A DNA stretch of 60,335 bases, the filler included. It is 4 parts of 4 records of this genome, joined end to end, with 100 filler letters (N's around TTAATTAATTAA, not from the genome) between each part and the next. Parts side by side here need not be neighbours in the genome. Positions count along the whole stretch, not along the records: positions 12,420 to 40,477 come from DRR723986_616; positions 40,578 to 50,679 come from DRR723986_620; 2 more parts are not named here. The stretch is one strand, 5' to 3'. Positions 36,564-47,151 of the stretch are shown here, one piece after another. Position numbers and translations under genes: made by a program. How positions within the stretch are numbered: position 1 is the stretch's first letter; the number at the start of each line of letters is the position of its first letter. The notes under the pieces were generated by a model. The model did no database searches. It saw nothing but the letters and a program-made list of their open reading frames with translations, and had not been told where the DNA came from.

Positions 36564-37059
36564 GAAAAAGGTGGTGGTCAGGTTTTATCGGTTTCAAAAT
36601 CGCCTCAAGGAAAAAACAGCAGGGCTAGCACCTGGCGATGCAACAATCTCGGCCGAAGCCATGGAAGCGGCAGAAGCTGCGCTTCATAAAATGTCAGAAG
36701 ATTATCCTGACTGGGTTGCTGCCTTGCTGGTTAAACTTCAAGAAAAGCATAAGTGCTGCGTAGATAAACCGGAAAAACGCCATGAACTTTTTGAGGAAAT
36801 TAACCGTATTGCCCATGATATGAAGGGGCAGGGTGGTACATTTGGTTATCCGTTAATCACCAAGTTTTCAGATAGCCTATATGGCTTTACGATTAAAAGA
36901 CCTGGTGACATCAATGATAATCAGATCGAGTTGGTAAAGTCACACGTGGATGCGATGCGGGCCGTTATTCGTGGGCGAGTATCCGGTGACGGCGGTGAAA
37001 TTGGCGCTGAACTTAGTGACAGCCTTGATGAGGCGATCGCTAAATATGAAAGTGCATGA
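36556..37059 (+). CDS. Hpt-like protein
   Basis: IAHDMKGQGGTFGYPLIT motif; 8-bp overlap with the upstream receiver gene. Confidence 0.8.
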   Translation: MDKKKVVVRFYRFQNRLKEKTAGLAPGDATISAEAMEAAEAALHKMSEDYPDWVAALLVKLQEKHKCCVDKPEKRHELFEEINRIAHDMKGQGGTFGYPLITKFSDSLYGFTIKRPGDINDNQIELVKSHVDAMRAVIRGRVSGDGGEIGAELSDSLDEAIAKYESA

Positions 37060-37273
37060 GGCAAAATGTCTACTGTGCTGGATTTGGTTCAACATCTAAG
37101 TTGATTTTTGGCGTTTCGTTTTGCTTTTAGTATAACTTTGTTCAAATAGAACGCTATGTAACTCAAACTTCATGATGTCTTGCTAAACAACAAAGTAATC
37201 TATTAATGTTTGGTCGCAAAATGGGGTTCGCAGAATTTAACATCCTGCACAGGTCATATATTAGGAATCATCA

Positions 37274-38641
37274 ATGAAAATATCTCGTAGACAATTTGCG
37301 ATTGGCGCTGGCAGTTTGGCGTTCATGGGTTTGGCTAAAAATGCCACGGCACTTGGACTTTATGGTGGAATGCCAATAAGCAATGGATACGGAGACTTGA
37401 TACCGGATGCAAACAAGATTCTTGATTTGCCAAAAGGCTTTTCTTACCGCGTTATTTCTTCTCTCGGCGATAAGATGGATGATGGATTGCTTGTAGCTGA
37501 CCGAGCCGATGGCATGGGCTGTTTTGCACTTGACGACGAGCATGTTGCCCTTGTGCGTAATCACGAGCTGCCAGCAAATCGGCATGATCTGGGCCCAATT
37601 CCAGAAGGGCAATCATCAGATGTATTGACCTTTGATAAAGACGATGATGGGCTGCCGTTGCCAGGCGGTACATCTACCATTGTTTACAATATGGTAACCG
37701 GCGAGCGTGTTCGTGAGTACATGAGTTTAATGGGTACGATACGCAATTGCTCTGGTGGCATAACGCCTTGGGGCACGTGGTTGACATGTGAAGAAAATGT
37801 TTCGCGTGCCGGTGAGGGTGTAGGTGACGACCATGGTTGGGTTTTTGAGGTGCCTGCTAAAGCGACAGGGCTGGTTGACCCAGTGCCGATTAAAGCAATG
37901 GGCAGGTTCAATCATGAGGCTGCCGCCGTAGACCCTAAAACGGGTATCGTTTACCTGACGGAAGACAGAAACGAGAGCTTGTTTTATCGCTTTATTCCAA
38001 ATACTTATGGAAAATTAAGCGAAGGTGGCCGTTTACAAGCTTTGGTTTTCGTTGATGACCAGGTTTCCAGCGACACGCGTAATTGGGATGGAGTCGGTTT
38101 TGAGCCAAACAATTGGCGTGATGTTACCTGGATTGATATGGATGATACTGATAGCCCGGAAGATGACCTGAGATTGCGTGGTCACGCGCGCGGTGCTGCC
38201 ATTTTCGCACGCGGCGAAGGTATACATTGGGGTGACGAAGAATTATACTTCACGTGTACTTCTGGCGGGGTAGCTAAGCTTGGCCAAATTATGCGATATG
38301 TGCCGTCGGCCCACGAAGGGAAGCCTGAAGAGGCAAGTGCACCTGGAAAGCTTCAATTGTTTCTCGAGTCAGATGACCCCGAAAATTTCAATTACGGCGA
38401 TAACCTTACCGTTGCCCCCAATGGTCATTTGATTGTTTGTGAGGACCAATACACCGAGGTTCTTAATAATCACTTACGGGGCGTAACGCCTGACGGAAAA
38501 GCCTATCCGTTCGCTAAAGTGCATGTTCAAACTGAACCCGCGGGGGCATGTTTCTCGCCGGACGGGTCCACTTTATTTGTAAATATATACAGCCCGACTA
38601 TGACACTTGCTATAACTGGCCCTTGGGAAAACCTGACATAA
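37274..38641 (+). CDS. phoX: PhoX-family alkaline phosphatase (Tat-exported)
   Basis: SRRQF Tat motif; DGMG, LVRNHE, NCSGG.TPWGTWLTCEE, GRFNHEA, EDR, RGEG and DNL motifs. Confidence 0.92.
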   Translation: MKISRRQFAIGAGSLAFMGLAKNATALGLYGGMPISNGYGDLIPDANKILDLPKGFSYRVISSLGDKMDDGLLVADRADGMGCFALDDEHVALVRNHELPANRHDLGPIPEGQSSDVLTFDKDDDGLPLPGGTSTIVYNMVTGERVREYMSLMGTIRNCSGGITPWGTWLTCEENVSRAGEGVGDDHGWVFEVPAKATGLVDPVPIKAMGRFNHEAAAVDPKTGIVYLTEDRNESLFYRFIPNTYGKLSEGGRLQALVFVDDQVSSDTRNWDGVGFEPNNWRDVTWIDMDDTDSPEDDLRLRGHARGAAIFARGEGIHWGDEELYFTCTSGGVAKLGQIMRYVPSAHEGKPEEASAPGKLQLFLESDDPENFNYGDNLTVAPNGHLIVCEDQYTEVLNNHLRGVTPDGKAYPFAKVHVQTEPAGACFSPDGSTLFVNIYSPTMTLAITGPWENLT

Positions 38642-38681
38642 AATTTGGGCATCATTTGGCCCGCTGGCCGGTCGGTTTTGA

Positions 38682-39854
38682 TTAACGGCGCAATTCACGC
38701 ATGGCACTGTCAATGCCGGAAATTGTTAGTGGGTACATTTTGTCCTGCATCAGTGTTTTCATGATTTGAATGGACTGGCTGTACTGCCAATGATCATCGG
38801 GGATGGGATTTAACCATACGGCGCGATTATAAATATTACTGACTCGGTTCATCCAAACTTCGCCGGACTCTTCATTCCAGTGCTCTACTGAGCCTCCCGG
38901 ATAGGTAATTTCATAGGGACTCATAGATGCGTCACCAATGAAGATAACTTTATAATCATGAGGATATGTATGTAGAACTTCCATTGTGCTCATATGGTCG
39001 TTGTGGCGCCGGGTGTTGTCTTTCCAGACGCGGTCATAAAGGCAGTTGTGGAAGTAGAAAAATTCTAAATGCTTAAATTCACTACGCGCTGCAGAAAATA
39101 GTTCTTCGCAAATTTTGATGTGGGGGTCCATCGAGCCACCAACGTCAAAAAATAACAAAAGTTTTACGGCATTATGGCGTTCAGGCACCATTTTAATGTC
39201 CAGATAGCCATTGTGCGCGGTGGAATGGATTGTGCCGTCCAAATCAAGTTCGGTGGCTTCGCCTTCACGGGCAAATTGGCGGAGTTTCCTAAGCGCTACT
39301 TTGATATTACGGGTGCCGAGTTCAACACTGTCATCTAGGTTTTTATATTCGCGCTTATCCCACACCTTGATGGCTCTGCCGTGTCGGCCTTCTTCTTGGC
39401 CAATGCGCACACCTTCAGGGTTATAACCGTATGCCCCGAAAGGGCTTCTGCCCGCTGTGCCAATCATTTTATTGCCGCCCTGATGGCGCTTTTCTTGCTC
39501 TTCCAGCCGTTTTTTTAGCGTTTCCATAATCTCATCCCAGCTACCAAGGGATTTGATTTCGTCCATTTCTTCTTTGCTGAGATAAAGTTCTGCTAGTTTT
39601 TCCAACCATTCTTTAGGAATTTCGGTAACTTCATCGCCGATGAACTCGATGCCTTCAAAGACTTTGCCGAAAACACGATCAAATTTATCCAAATTGCCTT
39701 CGTCTTTCACGAAGGTTGCGCGGGACAGATAATAAAAGTCATCAACGCTAAAGTTGGCGCAGCCAGCATTCATCGCTTCCATCAAGGTCAAATATTCCTT
39801 GATGCTAACGGGGATGCCGTTGTCTTTCAGTGCGTAAAAGAAATTGGTGAACAT
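38682..39854 (-). CDS. VWA domain protein (CoxE-like partner of MoxR)
   Basis: MIDAS DVGGSMD, YFHNC and GDASMSPYE motifs. Confidence 0.9.
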   Translation of the reverse strand: MFTNFFYALKDNGIPVSIKEYLTLMEAMNAGCANFSVDDFYYLSRATFVKDEGNLDKFDRVFGKVFEGIEFIGDEVTEIPKEWLEKLAELYLSKEEMDEIKSLGSWDEIMETLKKRLEEQEKRHQGGNKMIGTAGRSPFGAYGYNPEGVRIGQEEGRHGRAIKVWDKREYKNLDDSVELGTRNIKVALRKLRQFAREGEATELDLDGTIHSTAHNGYLDIKMVPERHNAVKLLLFFDVGGSMDPHIKICEELFSAARSEFKHLEFFYFHNCLYDRVWKDNTRRHNDHMSTMEVLHTYPHDYKVIFIGDASMSPYEITYPGGSVEHWNEESGEVWMNRVSNIYNRAVWLNPIPDDHWQYSQSIQIMKTLMQDKMYPLTISGIDSAMRELRR

Positions 39855-39876
39855 TTGCTGCGCCTACTTGATCAAA

Positions 39877-40476
39877 CTACACACTTTTACGGCGGTTCAT
39901 GAAGGCAAGGCGTTCGAATAAATGAACATCCTGCTCATTTTTGAGCAAAGCACCATGAAGAGGCGGAATGAGGCTGGATGGGTCTTTTGACTTCAACACT
40001 TCCTCGGGTAGTTCCTCCGACATTAAAAGCTTCAACCAATCTAATAGTTCACTTGTGGATGGTTTTTTCTTCAGGCCTGGTACTTCCCGAATTTCAAAAA
40101 AGATGTTGAGCGCGTCTTTGACCAGTTTGTGAGAAATATCGGGATAATGAACCGCGATAATATCTTTCATTGTTTGCTCGTCAGGGAATTTGATGAAATG
40201 GAAGAAACAGCGCCGCAGAAATGCATCGGGCAATTCTTTTTCATTATTGGATGTAATAATAACGATAGGGCGATTGACAGCTTTGATAGTTTCGCCTGTC
40301 TCATAGACGTGAAATTCCATGCGATCCAATTCAAGCAATAAATCGTTAGGGAATTCAATGTCAGCTTTATCAATTTCATCAATCAACAAAATAGGGGTGC
40401 CATCTTTAGTGAACGCCTCCCACAATTTACCTTTTTTGATGTAGTTGCTGATGTCTTTAACTTTTTCGTCGCCCAG
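39877..40476 (-). CDS. MoxR family AAA+ ATPase, 5'-truncated by contig end
   Basis: Walker B LLIDEIDKAD, TSNNEKELPDAFLRRC; frame is open to the contig edge. Confidence 0.92.
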   Translation of the reverse strand: MGDEKVKDISNYIKKGKLWEAFTKDGTPILLIDEIDKADIEFPNDLLLELDRMEFHVYETGETIKAVNRPIVIITSNNEKELPDAFLRRCFFHFIKFPDEQTMKDIIAVHYPDISHKLVKDALNIFFEIREVPGLKKKPSTSELLDWLKLLMSEELPEEVLKSKDPSSLIPPLHGALLKNEQDVHLFERLAFMNRRKSV

Positions 40477-40477
40477 T

Positions 40478-40577
40478 NNNNNNNNNNNNNNNNNNNNNNN
40501 NNNNNNNNNNNNNNNNNNNNNTTAATTAATTAANNNNNNNNNNNNNNNNNNNNNNNNNNNNNNNNNNNNNNNNNNNN
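40478..40577. other. Artificial contig spacer
   Basis: N44-TTAATTAATTAA-N44. Confidence 0.99.
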
Positions 40578-40578
40578 G

Positions 40579-41988
40579 GCGCTGATCCCCGAGGCGATTG
40601 CCTTTTCCATCATTGCAGGCGTGGATCCAAAAGTGGGGCTTTACGCCTCGTTCTCGATCGCTGTGATCACCGCCATCACTGGCGGGCGGCCTGCCATGAT
40701 ATCGGCCGCCACCGCCGCCACGGCGGTGTTGATGGTAACGTTGGTCAAGGAACATGGGCTGCAATACCTGTTGGCTGCCACGGTTTTGGCGGGGCTGTTG
40801 CAAATTGGCGCCGGTATTTTGCGGCTGGGCTATGTGATGCGGTTTGTGTCGAAATCGGTGATGACCGGTTTTGTAAACGCGCTGGCCATTTTGATTTTCA
40901 TGGCCCAACTGCCCGAACTGGACCCGCGCACAGTGCCACCGCTGACCTATGCGATGGTGGCCGCGGGGCTGGCCATAATTTACCTCTTTCCACGCATCAC
41001 CCGTGCGGTGCCCTCGCCCCTGGTCACGATCATCGTGCTGACAGTTCTGACCGCGCTGATGGGCTGGGATGTGCGCACCGTGGGCGATATGGGGGAATTG
41101 CCCGATACGCTGCCGGTGTTCCTGATCCCTGAAATTCCGCTGAATTTTGAAACCTTGCAGATCATCTTTCCCTATTCCCTGGCCGTGGCTGTGGTGGGCC
41201 TGCTGGAAAGTTTGATGACGCAGCAATTGGTGGATGAATTGACCGATACCCCCTCGAGCCGCAATCAGGAATGCATTGGCCAAGGTCTGGCCAATACTGC
41301 GACCGGGTTTATCGGGGGCATGGCCGGCTGCGCGATGATTGGCCAATCGATGATCAACGTCAAATCGGGGGGGCGGGGGCGCTTGTCTACCTTTGTGGCG
41401 GGGGTGTTTTTGCTGATCTTGGTGGTGGCGCTGGGCGATATTGTGTCGATCATTCCCATGCCCGCCTTGGTGGCGATTATGATCATGGTGTCTATCGGCA
41501 CATTCAGCTGGTCATCCATTCGCAACCTGCGCGATCATCCGCGCTCGTCCTCGGTGGTGATGCTGGCCACGGTGGTGTTTGTGATCTGGACGCATAACCT
41601 GGCCATTGGTGTGCTGGTGGGTGTGTTGCTGTCTGGCATTTTCTTTGCCTGGAAAATTGCCCAGATCTTTCGTGTCAGCGCGCAGATCAGCGCCGATGGG
41701 CGCCACCGCACCTATGTGATCGAAGGCCAGCTGTTTTTTGCCTCGGTCGAAGATTTCATGGCAGCCTTTGATTTCCGCGAAGCACCAGAACGGGTGACAA
41801 TCGATGTCAGCCGCGCGCATATTTGGGATATTTCATCGGTTGCGGCCTTGGATATGGCGGTGTTGAAATTCCGCCGTGACGGGGCCGAGGTAGATGTGGT
41901 GGGGCTGAACAAAGCCTCGGAAACCATCGTTGATCGGCTGGCCATTCACGACAAGCCGGGCGCCATGGATCAGCTGCTAGATCATTAG
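40579..41988 (+). CDS. SulP family anion transporter with STAS domain, 5'-truncated
   Basis: [38 protein letters not shown] and STAS GQLFFAS motifs. Confidence 0.95.
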   Translation, partial: ALIPEAIAFSIIAGVDPKVGLYASFSIAVITAITGGRPAMISAATAATAVLMVTLVKEHGLQYLLAATVLAGLLQIGAGILRLGYVMRFVSKSVMTGFVNALAILIFMAQLPELDPRTVPPLTYAMVAAGLAIIYLFPRITRAVPSPLVTIIVLTVLTALMGWDVRTVGDMGELPDTLPVFLIPEIPLNFETLQIIFPYSLAVAVVGLLESLMTQQLVDELTDTPSSRNQECIGQGLANTATGFIGGMAGCAMIGQSMINVKSGGRGRLSTFVAGVFLLILVVALGDIVSIIPMPALVAIMIMVSIGTFSWSSIRNLRDHPRSSSVVMLATVVFVIWTHNLAIGVLVGVLLSGIFFAWKIAQIFRVSAQISADGRHRTYVIEGQLFFASVEDFMAAFDFREAPERVTIDVSRAHIWDISSVAALDMAVLKFRRDGAEVDVVGLNKASETIVDRLAIHDKPGAMDQLLDH

Positions 41989-42017
41989 CGCCACCGCGCC
42001 GCAAGGAAGGAAAAGAG

Positions 42018-42875
42018 ATGAGCACAGATACCTTGATCGCGCTGGTCGATGGCTCGGCCTATGCCGAAAGCGTCTGCCATCATGCCGCATGGATTGCCGG
42101 GCGCACAGGCGCGGGGGTAAAGGTTTACCATGTCATGGGGCGCAGGCAGGCACCTGATCAGCAAGATCTGAGCGGGGCAATCCGCCTGGGTGCGCGCAGC
42201 AAGCTGTTGGAAGAGTTAAGCGCGCTGGATGCACAGCGCGCCCGGCTGGCCCAGGAACAGGGCCGCGCCATTTTGGAAGATGCCGCAGCCATTATCGCCG
42301 CAGGCGGTGGCGTGGCAGTCGAAACGCGCCTGCGCCATGGCGATCTGGTGGATACGATCACCGCCAAGGAAAACACCGGCGATATGATCATCATCGGCAA
42401 GCGCGGCGAGGCCGCCGGCATGGCCGCGGCGCATTTGGGATCGAACCTGGAACGTATCGTGCGCGCCGCCCATAAGCCGGTTTTTGTGGCCAATCGTGCG
42501 TTTCAGCCCGTGCAGCGCGTGTTGATTGCGGTTGATGGCGGGGCATCATCGCTTAAGGCGGTTGATTATGTGGCGCACTCGCCGCTCTTTGCAGATCTGG
42601 CTGTTACAGTGGTTTTCGTGGGCCGCGAAACGCCCGAGGTGGCGCGTATGCTGGGCGATGCGGTGGCCACATTGGCCGCAGGTGGCATCGCAGCAGAGCA
42701 GTGCATTCAGCCCGGTGAGCCGGAAAAAGTATTGGCCCAGATGGCAGGCCAGGGCCAGGGCGGCCTGCTGGTGATGGGGGCCTATGGCCACAGTCGCGTG
42801 CGGCAATTGATCATCGGCTCGACCACCACCGAAATGATCCGCAGTTGCAAGGTGCCCGTGCTGCTGATGCGCTAA
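42018..42875 (+). CDS. Tandem universal stress protein
   Basis: Two Usp domains: GKRG...LGSNLER and MGAYGHSR...GSTT. Confidence 0.93.
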   Translation: MSTDTLIALVDGSAYAESVCHHAAWIAGRTGAGVKVYHVMGRRQAPDQQDLSGAIRLGARSKLLEELSALDAQRARLAQEQGRAILEDAAAIIAAGGGVAVETRLRHGDLVDTITAKENTGDMIIIGKRGEAAGMAAAHLGSNLERIVRAAHKPVFVANRAFQPVQRVLIAVDGGASSLKAVDYVAHSPLFADLAVTVVFVGRETPEVARMLGDAVATLAAGGIAAEQCIQPGEPEKVLAQMAGQGQGGLLVMGAYGHSRVRQLIIGSTTTEMIRSCKVPVLLMR

Positions 42876-42903
42876 GCCTGTGCGCAACGCAAGTGACGGC
42901 ATC

Positions 42904-42937
42904 AAAAACGCCGCCCCCGGCCGAGGGCGGCGTTTTT
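42904..42937. terminator. Bidirectional intrinsic terminator
   Basis: AAAAACGCCGCCC...GGGCGGCGTTTTT between convergent usp and RND genes. Confidence 0.85.
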
Positions 42938-42955
42938 CGTGTTTGGTGCGCAAGG

Positions 42956-45900
42956 CTACATTTTGAAAATGCGGTAGATCGCCGGGATCACCAGAACCGT
43001 CAGCGCCGTTGAACTAAGCAGCCCAAAGAGCAGCGAAATCGCCAGCCCTTGAAAGATTGGATCCACCAAAATAACCGCGGCGCCGATCATGGCGGCAATT
43101 GCGGTCAGCAAAATAGGCTTGAACCGGGTGGCGCCTGCCTCGATCAGCACATCCAGCGTCACAGGTTGGCCGGGCTTTGCGTGGCGGATGAAATCCACCA
43201 GCAAGATCGAGTTGCGCACAATGATGCCGGCCAGCGCGATAAACCCAATCATCGAGGTTGCCGAAAACGGCGCGCCAAACAGCCAGTGCCCGCCCATGAT
43301 GCCCAAAAACGTCAGCGGCACGGGTGTCAGAATGACCAGCGGCAAACGGAAGCTGCCAAATTGGGCCACCACCAGAATGTAGATGCCCAACAGCGCCACG
43401 GCAAAGGCGCTGCCCATATCGCGAAACGTCACCCAAGTGACCTCCCATTCGCCATCCCACAGCAGCACGGGCTGGCTGGTGTCTTCGGGCTGGCCGTTCA
43501 GGCGGATCACCGGCTTGGTGCCGTCGGGCCAGTCCATGGCATCCAGTTTTTCGGCCACTGCCAACATACCATAAAGCGGCGCTTCGAAATCGCCTGCCAA
43601 TTCGCCCGTCACCATGATGGTGTCGCGCCCGTTGTGGCGGAAAATCGGGTAGCTTGCCGGCTCGGCCGACAGCTGAACGACGTCGCCCAATTCCACCACA
43701 CCACGCCCACCGGGCAGGGCATTGGCAGGCACCGGGGTGGACAGGGTTTCGCCATCCATCACGCGCTCTGCGCGCTCGCGCCCCACGATGATGGGCAGCG
43801 GGTAGCGCCCATCGCCGCGATGCGAATAGCCCACGGTGACATCGGTGTTCAACAGGCGCAACGTGTCTAGCGCATCGGCCTCTTGCACGCGGTAGTAATC
43901 CAGCTCTTGCGGGCTAAGCTGGGCGCGCAGGCGCTGGGGCTGCTGGCCATAGCTGTCATCGACATCGACGATAAATGGCACCTCTTCAAAAGCGCGGCGG
44001 ATCTGCGCTGCGGCGGCGCGCCGGGCCTCTGGGGTGGGGCCATAGACCTCGGCCAAGAGGGTGGAAATAACCGGGGGGCCGGGGGGCGGTTCGACCACCT
44101 TGATCACCGTGCCCATCGGGGCCACCACTGCATCAAGCTGCTTGCGCAGATCAAGCGCGATATCATGGCTGGTGCGGCTGCGGTCGTGTTTGGGGGCAAG
44201 GTTTAGCTGCACCTCGCCCATTTCGGGGTTTTGGCGCAGGTAGTAGTGGCGCACCAACCCGTTGAAATTAAACGGTGCTGCCGTGCCTGCATGGGTCTGA
44301 ACCGATCGCACCTCGGCGATGCCCATGGCGATACGCGCGGCCTGTTGCACCACGTCATCTGTGGCCTCGACACTGGCCCCCTCGAGCAGGTCAACCACAA
44401 CGGCCAGCTCGGATTTATTGTCAAAGGGCAGCAGTTTGACGGTGACATCCTTTGTGTAAAGCAGCCCCAGCGAGCCGAAAGACAGCACAATGACCGCCAG
44501 CAAAAACAGCCATGCCCGGCCTTTGCTGCGCAGCAATGGGCGGGCCAAGGCCGCATAGCCGCGCCCCATTTTGCCGCCCGGCACCCCGCCGCCCTTATCG
44601 GGATCGTGGTGCAGGGGCGCGCGCCCTGCGATTTTTAGCATCAGCCAGGGGGTGATCATCACCGCCACGAAGAACGAGAAAATCATCGCGGCGCTGGCAT
44701 TGGCCGGAATTGGGCTCATGTAGGGGCCCATCAGCCCGCTGACAAACAGCATGGGCAGCAGCGCCACCACCACCGTCAGTGTGGCCACGATTGTGGGGTT
44801 GCCCACCTCGGCCACGGCATCGATGGCGCCTTGCATACGGCTGCGCCCGTCTTTCATGCCCCAGTGGCGGGCGATGTTTTCGATCACAACAATGGCGTCA
44901 TCCACCAAAATACCGATCGAGAAAATCAGCGCAAACAGTGACACCCGGTTCAATGTGTAGCCCATGATATAGGCGGCAAAGAGCGTTAGCAGAATGGTCA
45001 CGGGTATCACGATGGCCACCACCACCGCCTCGCGCCAGCCGATGGCCAGCCAGACCAGCACCACGATAGACACCGTGGCCAGCGCCAGATGGAACAGCAG
45101 CTCGTTGGCTTTTTCTTCGGCGGTTTCGCCATAGTTACGGGTGATTTCCATTTGCAGGCTGTCGGGTATCAGCGTGCCCTGCAGCGCCTCGACGCGGTGC
45201 AAAATATCTTCGGCCACCACCACCGCATTGGCACCGGCCCGTTTGGCCAGGGCCAGCGTAACCGTCGGGCTGCGCTGGATTTGGCCATCAGCGCTGCGCG
45301 TCAGGCTGGCTACGTGTTTTTCGTCGTTATCGGCCACATAGGCCACATCTGCCACATCGCGCACGTAAACCGTGCGGCCATCGCGCGCGGTCAGTTCCAG
45401 ATTGCCAATGTCGGCCGGTGTGGACAGGGTTTTGCCCAAGATCAGCCCCAGCTGTTCGCCCTCGTGGCGCACGCGCCCTGCAGGGCTGGCACTGTTGGCA
45501 CCCTGAACCTTGCCCACCAATTGCTGCAAGGTGATACCATACAGGGCCAGCCTGTCGGGTTTGGGGTTGACGCGCAGCGCCTCGGTTGTGGCGCCGATCA
45601 CATAGGTCAGGCCCACGTTTTCAATCTTTGCCAGCTCAACCTCGAGTTCGCGCACAACGCGGGTGATGTCGGCGGCCCCCATATCGGTGCCAGCGTCGGG
45701 GCTAAAGCTAAGCGCAACAATCGCCACATCGTTGATGCCACGCCCCACGACCAAAGGTTGGGGAATGCCCACCGGGATACGATCCATATTGGCCAATATC
45801 TTGTCGCGCACCCGCAAAATGGCGGTATCTGCCGATACGCCCACCTGAAAGCGGGCGGTCACCATCACCCCATCATCGCGGGTGTCGGAATAGACATGTT

Positions 45901-46174
45901 CGACCTGATCGATGCCTTTGACGATGGTTTCCATCGGTTCTGTCACCAGCTTGACGGCATCATCGGCCTTTAGCCCTGCGGCCTGAATATGGATATCAAC
46001 CAAAGGCACCGAGATCTGCGGCTCTTCCTCGCGGGGCAGGGCGCCAAGGGCAATCAGCCCCACCGCCAGCGAGGCCATCAAAAACAGCGGTGTCAGCGGC
46101 GAGGTGATAAAGGCACGCGTCAGCCAGCCTGCAATGCCCAGGGCCGCGGGCGCGGGGTGTTTGGGATCAGTCAT
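42956..46174 (-). CDS. RND efflux permease subunit (AcrB/CusA-like)
   Basis: PREEEPQI, GILVDDAIVVIENI, GIIVRNSILLVDF and RFKPILLT motifs. Start at 46174 overlaps the adaptor stop. Confidence 0.95.
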   Translation of the reverse strand: MTDPKHPAPAALGIAGWLTRAFITSPLTPLFLMASLAVGLIALGALPREEEPQISVPLVDIHIQAAGLKADDAVKLVTEPMETIVKGIDQVEHVYSDTRDDGVMVTARFQVGVSADTAILRVRDKILANMDRIPVGIPQPLVVGRGINDVAIVALSFSPDAGTDMGAADITRVVRELEVELAKIENVGLTYVIGATTEALRVNPKPDRLALYGITLQQLVGKVQGANSASPAGRVRHEGEQLGLILGKTLSTPADIGNLELTARDGRTVYVRDVADVAYVADNDEKHVASLTRSADGQIQRSPTVTLALAKRAGANAVVVAEDILHRVEALQGTLIPDSLQMEITRNYGETAEEKANELLFHLALATVSIVVLVWLAIGWREAVVVAIVIPVTILLTLFAAYIMGYTLNRVSLFALIFSIGILVDDAIVVIENIARHWGMKDGRSRMQGAIDAVAEVGNPTIVATLTVVVALLPMLFVSGLMGPYMSPIPANASAAMIFSFFVAVMITPWLMLKIAGRAPLHHDPDKGGGVPGGKMGRGYAALARPLLRSKGRAWLFLLAVIVLSFGSLGLLYTKDVTVKLLPFDNKSELAVVVDLLEGASVEATDDVVQQAARIAMGIAEVRSVQTHAGTAAPFNFNGLVRHYYLRQNPEMGEVQLNLAPKHDRSRTSHDIALDLRKQLDAVVAPMGTVIKVVEPPPGPPVISTLLAEVYGPTPEARRAAAAQIRRAFEEVPFIVDVDDSYGQQPQRLRAQLSPQELDYYRVQEADALDTLRLLNTDVTVGYSHRGDGRYPLPIIVGRERAERVMDGETLSTPVPANALPGGRGVVELGDVVQLSAEPASYPIFRHNGRDTIMVTGELAGDFEAPLYGMLAVAEKLDAMDWPDGTKPVIRLNGQPEDTSQPVLLWDGEWEVTWVTFRDMGSAFAVALLGIYILVVAQFGSFRLPLVILTPVPLTFLGIMGGHWLFGAPFSATSMIGFIALAGIIVRNSILLVDFIRHAKPGQPVTLDVLIEAGATRFKPILLTAIAAMIGAAVILVDPIFQGLAISLLFGLLSSTALTVLVIPAIYRIFKM

Positions 46175-47138
46175 TGCTTTGCACCACCGTTTCGCCTGCC
46201 TTGAGGCCGGATAAAATTTCTCGCCACTCTGTGCCATCTTGCGCCACCAGGGCGCCGGGCAGCACCACACGCTGTTGCGCGCCTGTGGCGGTTTCAACGG
46301 TGACGAAATCCAGCCCGCCCCTATGTGTCAGCGCCGCGGCCGGCACCAGCAGCGCGCGGCGCGTGGCGATGGGCAGGCGCACCGGCAGGCGTTGACCAAC
46401 AAAGCGGTCATCCAGCCCCTCGACCGTGACATCAGCCGACACGCGCCCGCCTAGGATTTGCGGATAAATCTTGGCGATCACGCCCGCGCGCGGGCCCTGG
46501 GCTGTGGTGATCTGGATATCATCACCCGCAGCCAGCATGGTGGCGTGGCGTTCAGGCACGGCCAGGCGCAGATACACGCCACCGCCGCCAATTTCGGCCA
46601 GTGCCTCGCCCGGGTTCAGCACCGAACCGCGCGAAATTGGCACGCTTAATACAATGCCATCACCGGGCGCCAGCACTGTGCCCTCGTCGATTTGGCGCGC
46701 CACCACCAGCTTTTCGGCCTCGGTGCCGGCAATCTCGCCTTGCAGCACGCTGACGGCGGTTTGCAATTCGTCAAAGCGTTGGTTGGTAATCACCCCGCGG
46801 TCGCGCAATTGGCGCCCCCGCTCTAGATCAGACGTGGCGGTATCCAGCCGTGCCTTTAGCGCCGATAGCCGGGCATCCAGCGCGTCAATGCGGAAATCAA
46901 GCTTGTCATCGCGGATCGTGGCAATGGGCTGGCCACGCGTCACCTGGTCGCCTTCGGTGATGGCCAGGCTTTCCACCGTGCCCCCAATTCGGGCGCGGGC
47001 GGGCAGCCTGTCGCGGGTTTCAACCTGCCCAAAGACAGATTTCCATTCGATCACATCATGTGTGGCCACAATAATAGGTTGGGCCATGGCAGAAACAGCC
47101 GACAGGGAAAATACCAGGCTTAAAAGCAGGGCGCGCAT
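46167..47138 (-). CDS. RND periplasmic adaptor (membrane fusion protein)
   Basis: Signal peptide, ARIGG...EGD.V..GQ lipoyl half, helical hairpin, APGDG and ILSGL..GE motifs. Confidence 0.92.
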   Translation of the reverse strand: MRALLLSLVFSLSAVSAMAQPIIVATHDVIEWKSVFGQVETRDRLPARARIGGTVESLAITEGDQVTRGQPIATIRDDKLDFRIDALDARLSALKARLDTATSDLERGRQLRDRGVITNQRFDELQTAVSVLQGEIAGTEAEKLVVARQIDEGTVLAPGDGIVLSVPISRGSVLNPGEALAEIGGGGVYLRLAVPERHATMLAAGDDIQITTAQGPRAGVIAKIYPQILGGRVSADVTVEGLDDRFVGQRLPVRLPIATRRALLVPAAALTHRGGLDFVTVETATGAQQRVVLPGALVAQDGTEWREILSGLKAGETVVQSND

Positions 47139-47151
47139 TGGGGGCCTCTTT

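Noticed and set aside
37156-37173. Pho box upstream of phoX (ATGTAAC-TCAA-ACTTCAT)
   Set aside because: Biologically plausible but too degenerate to support by eye in AT-rich DNA.
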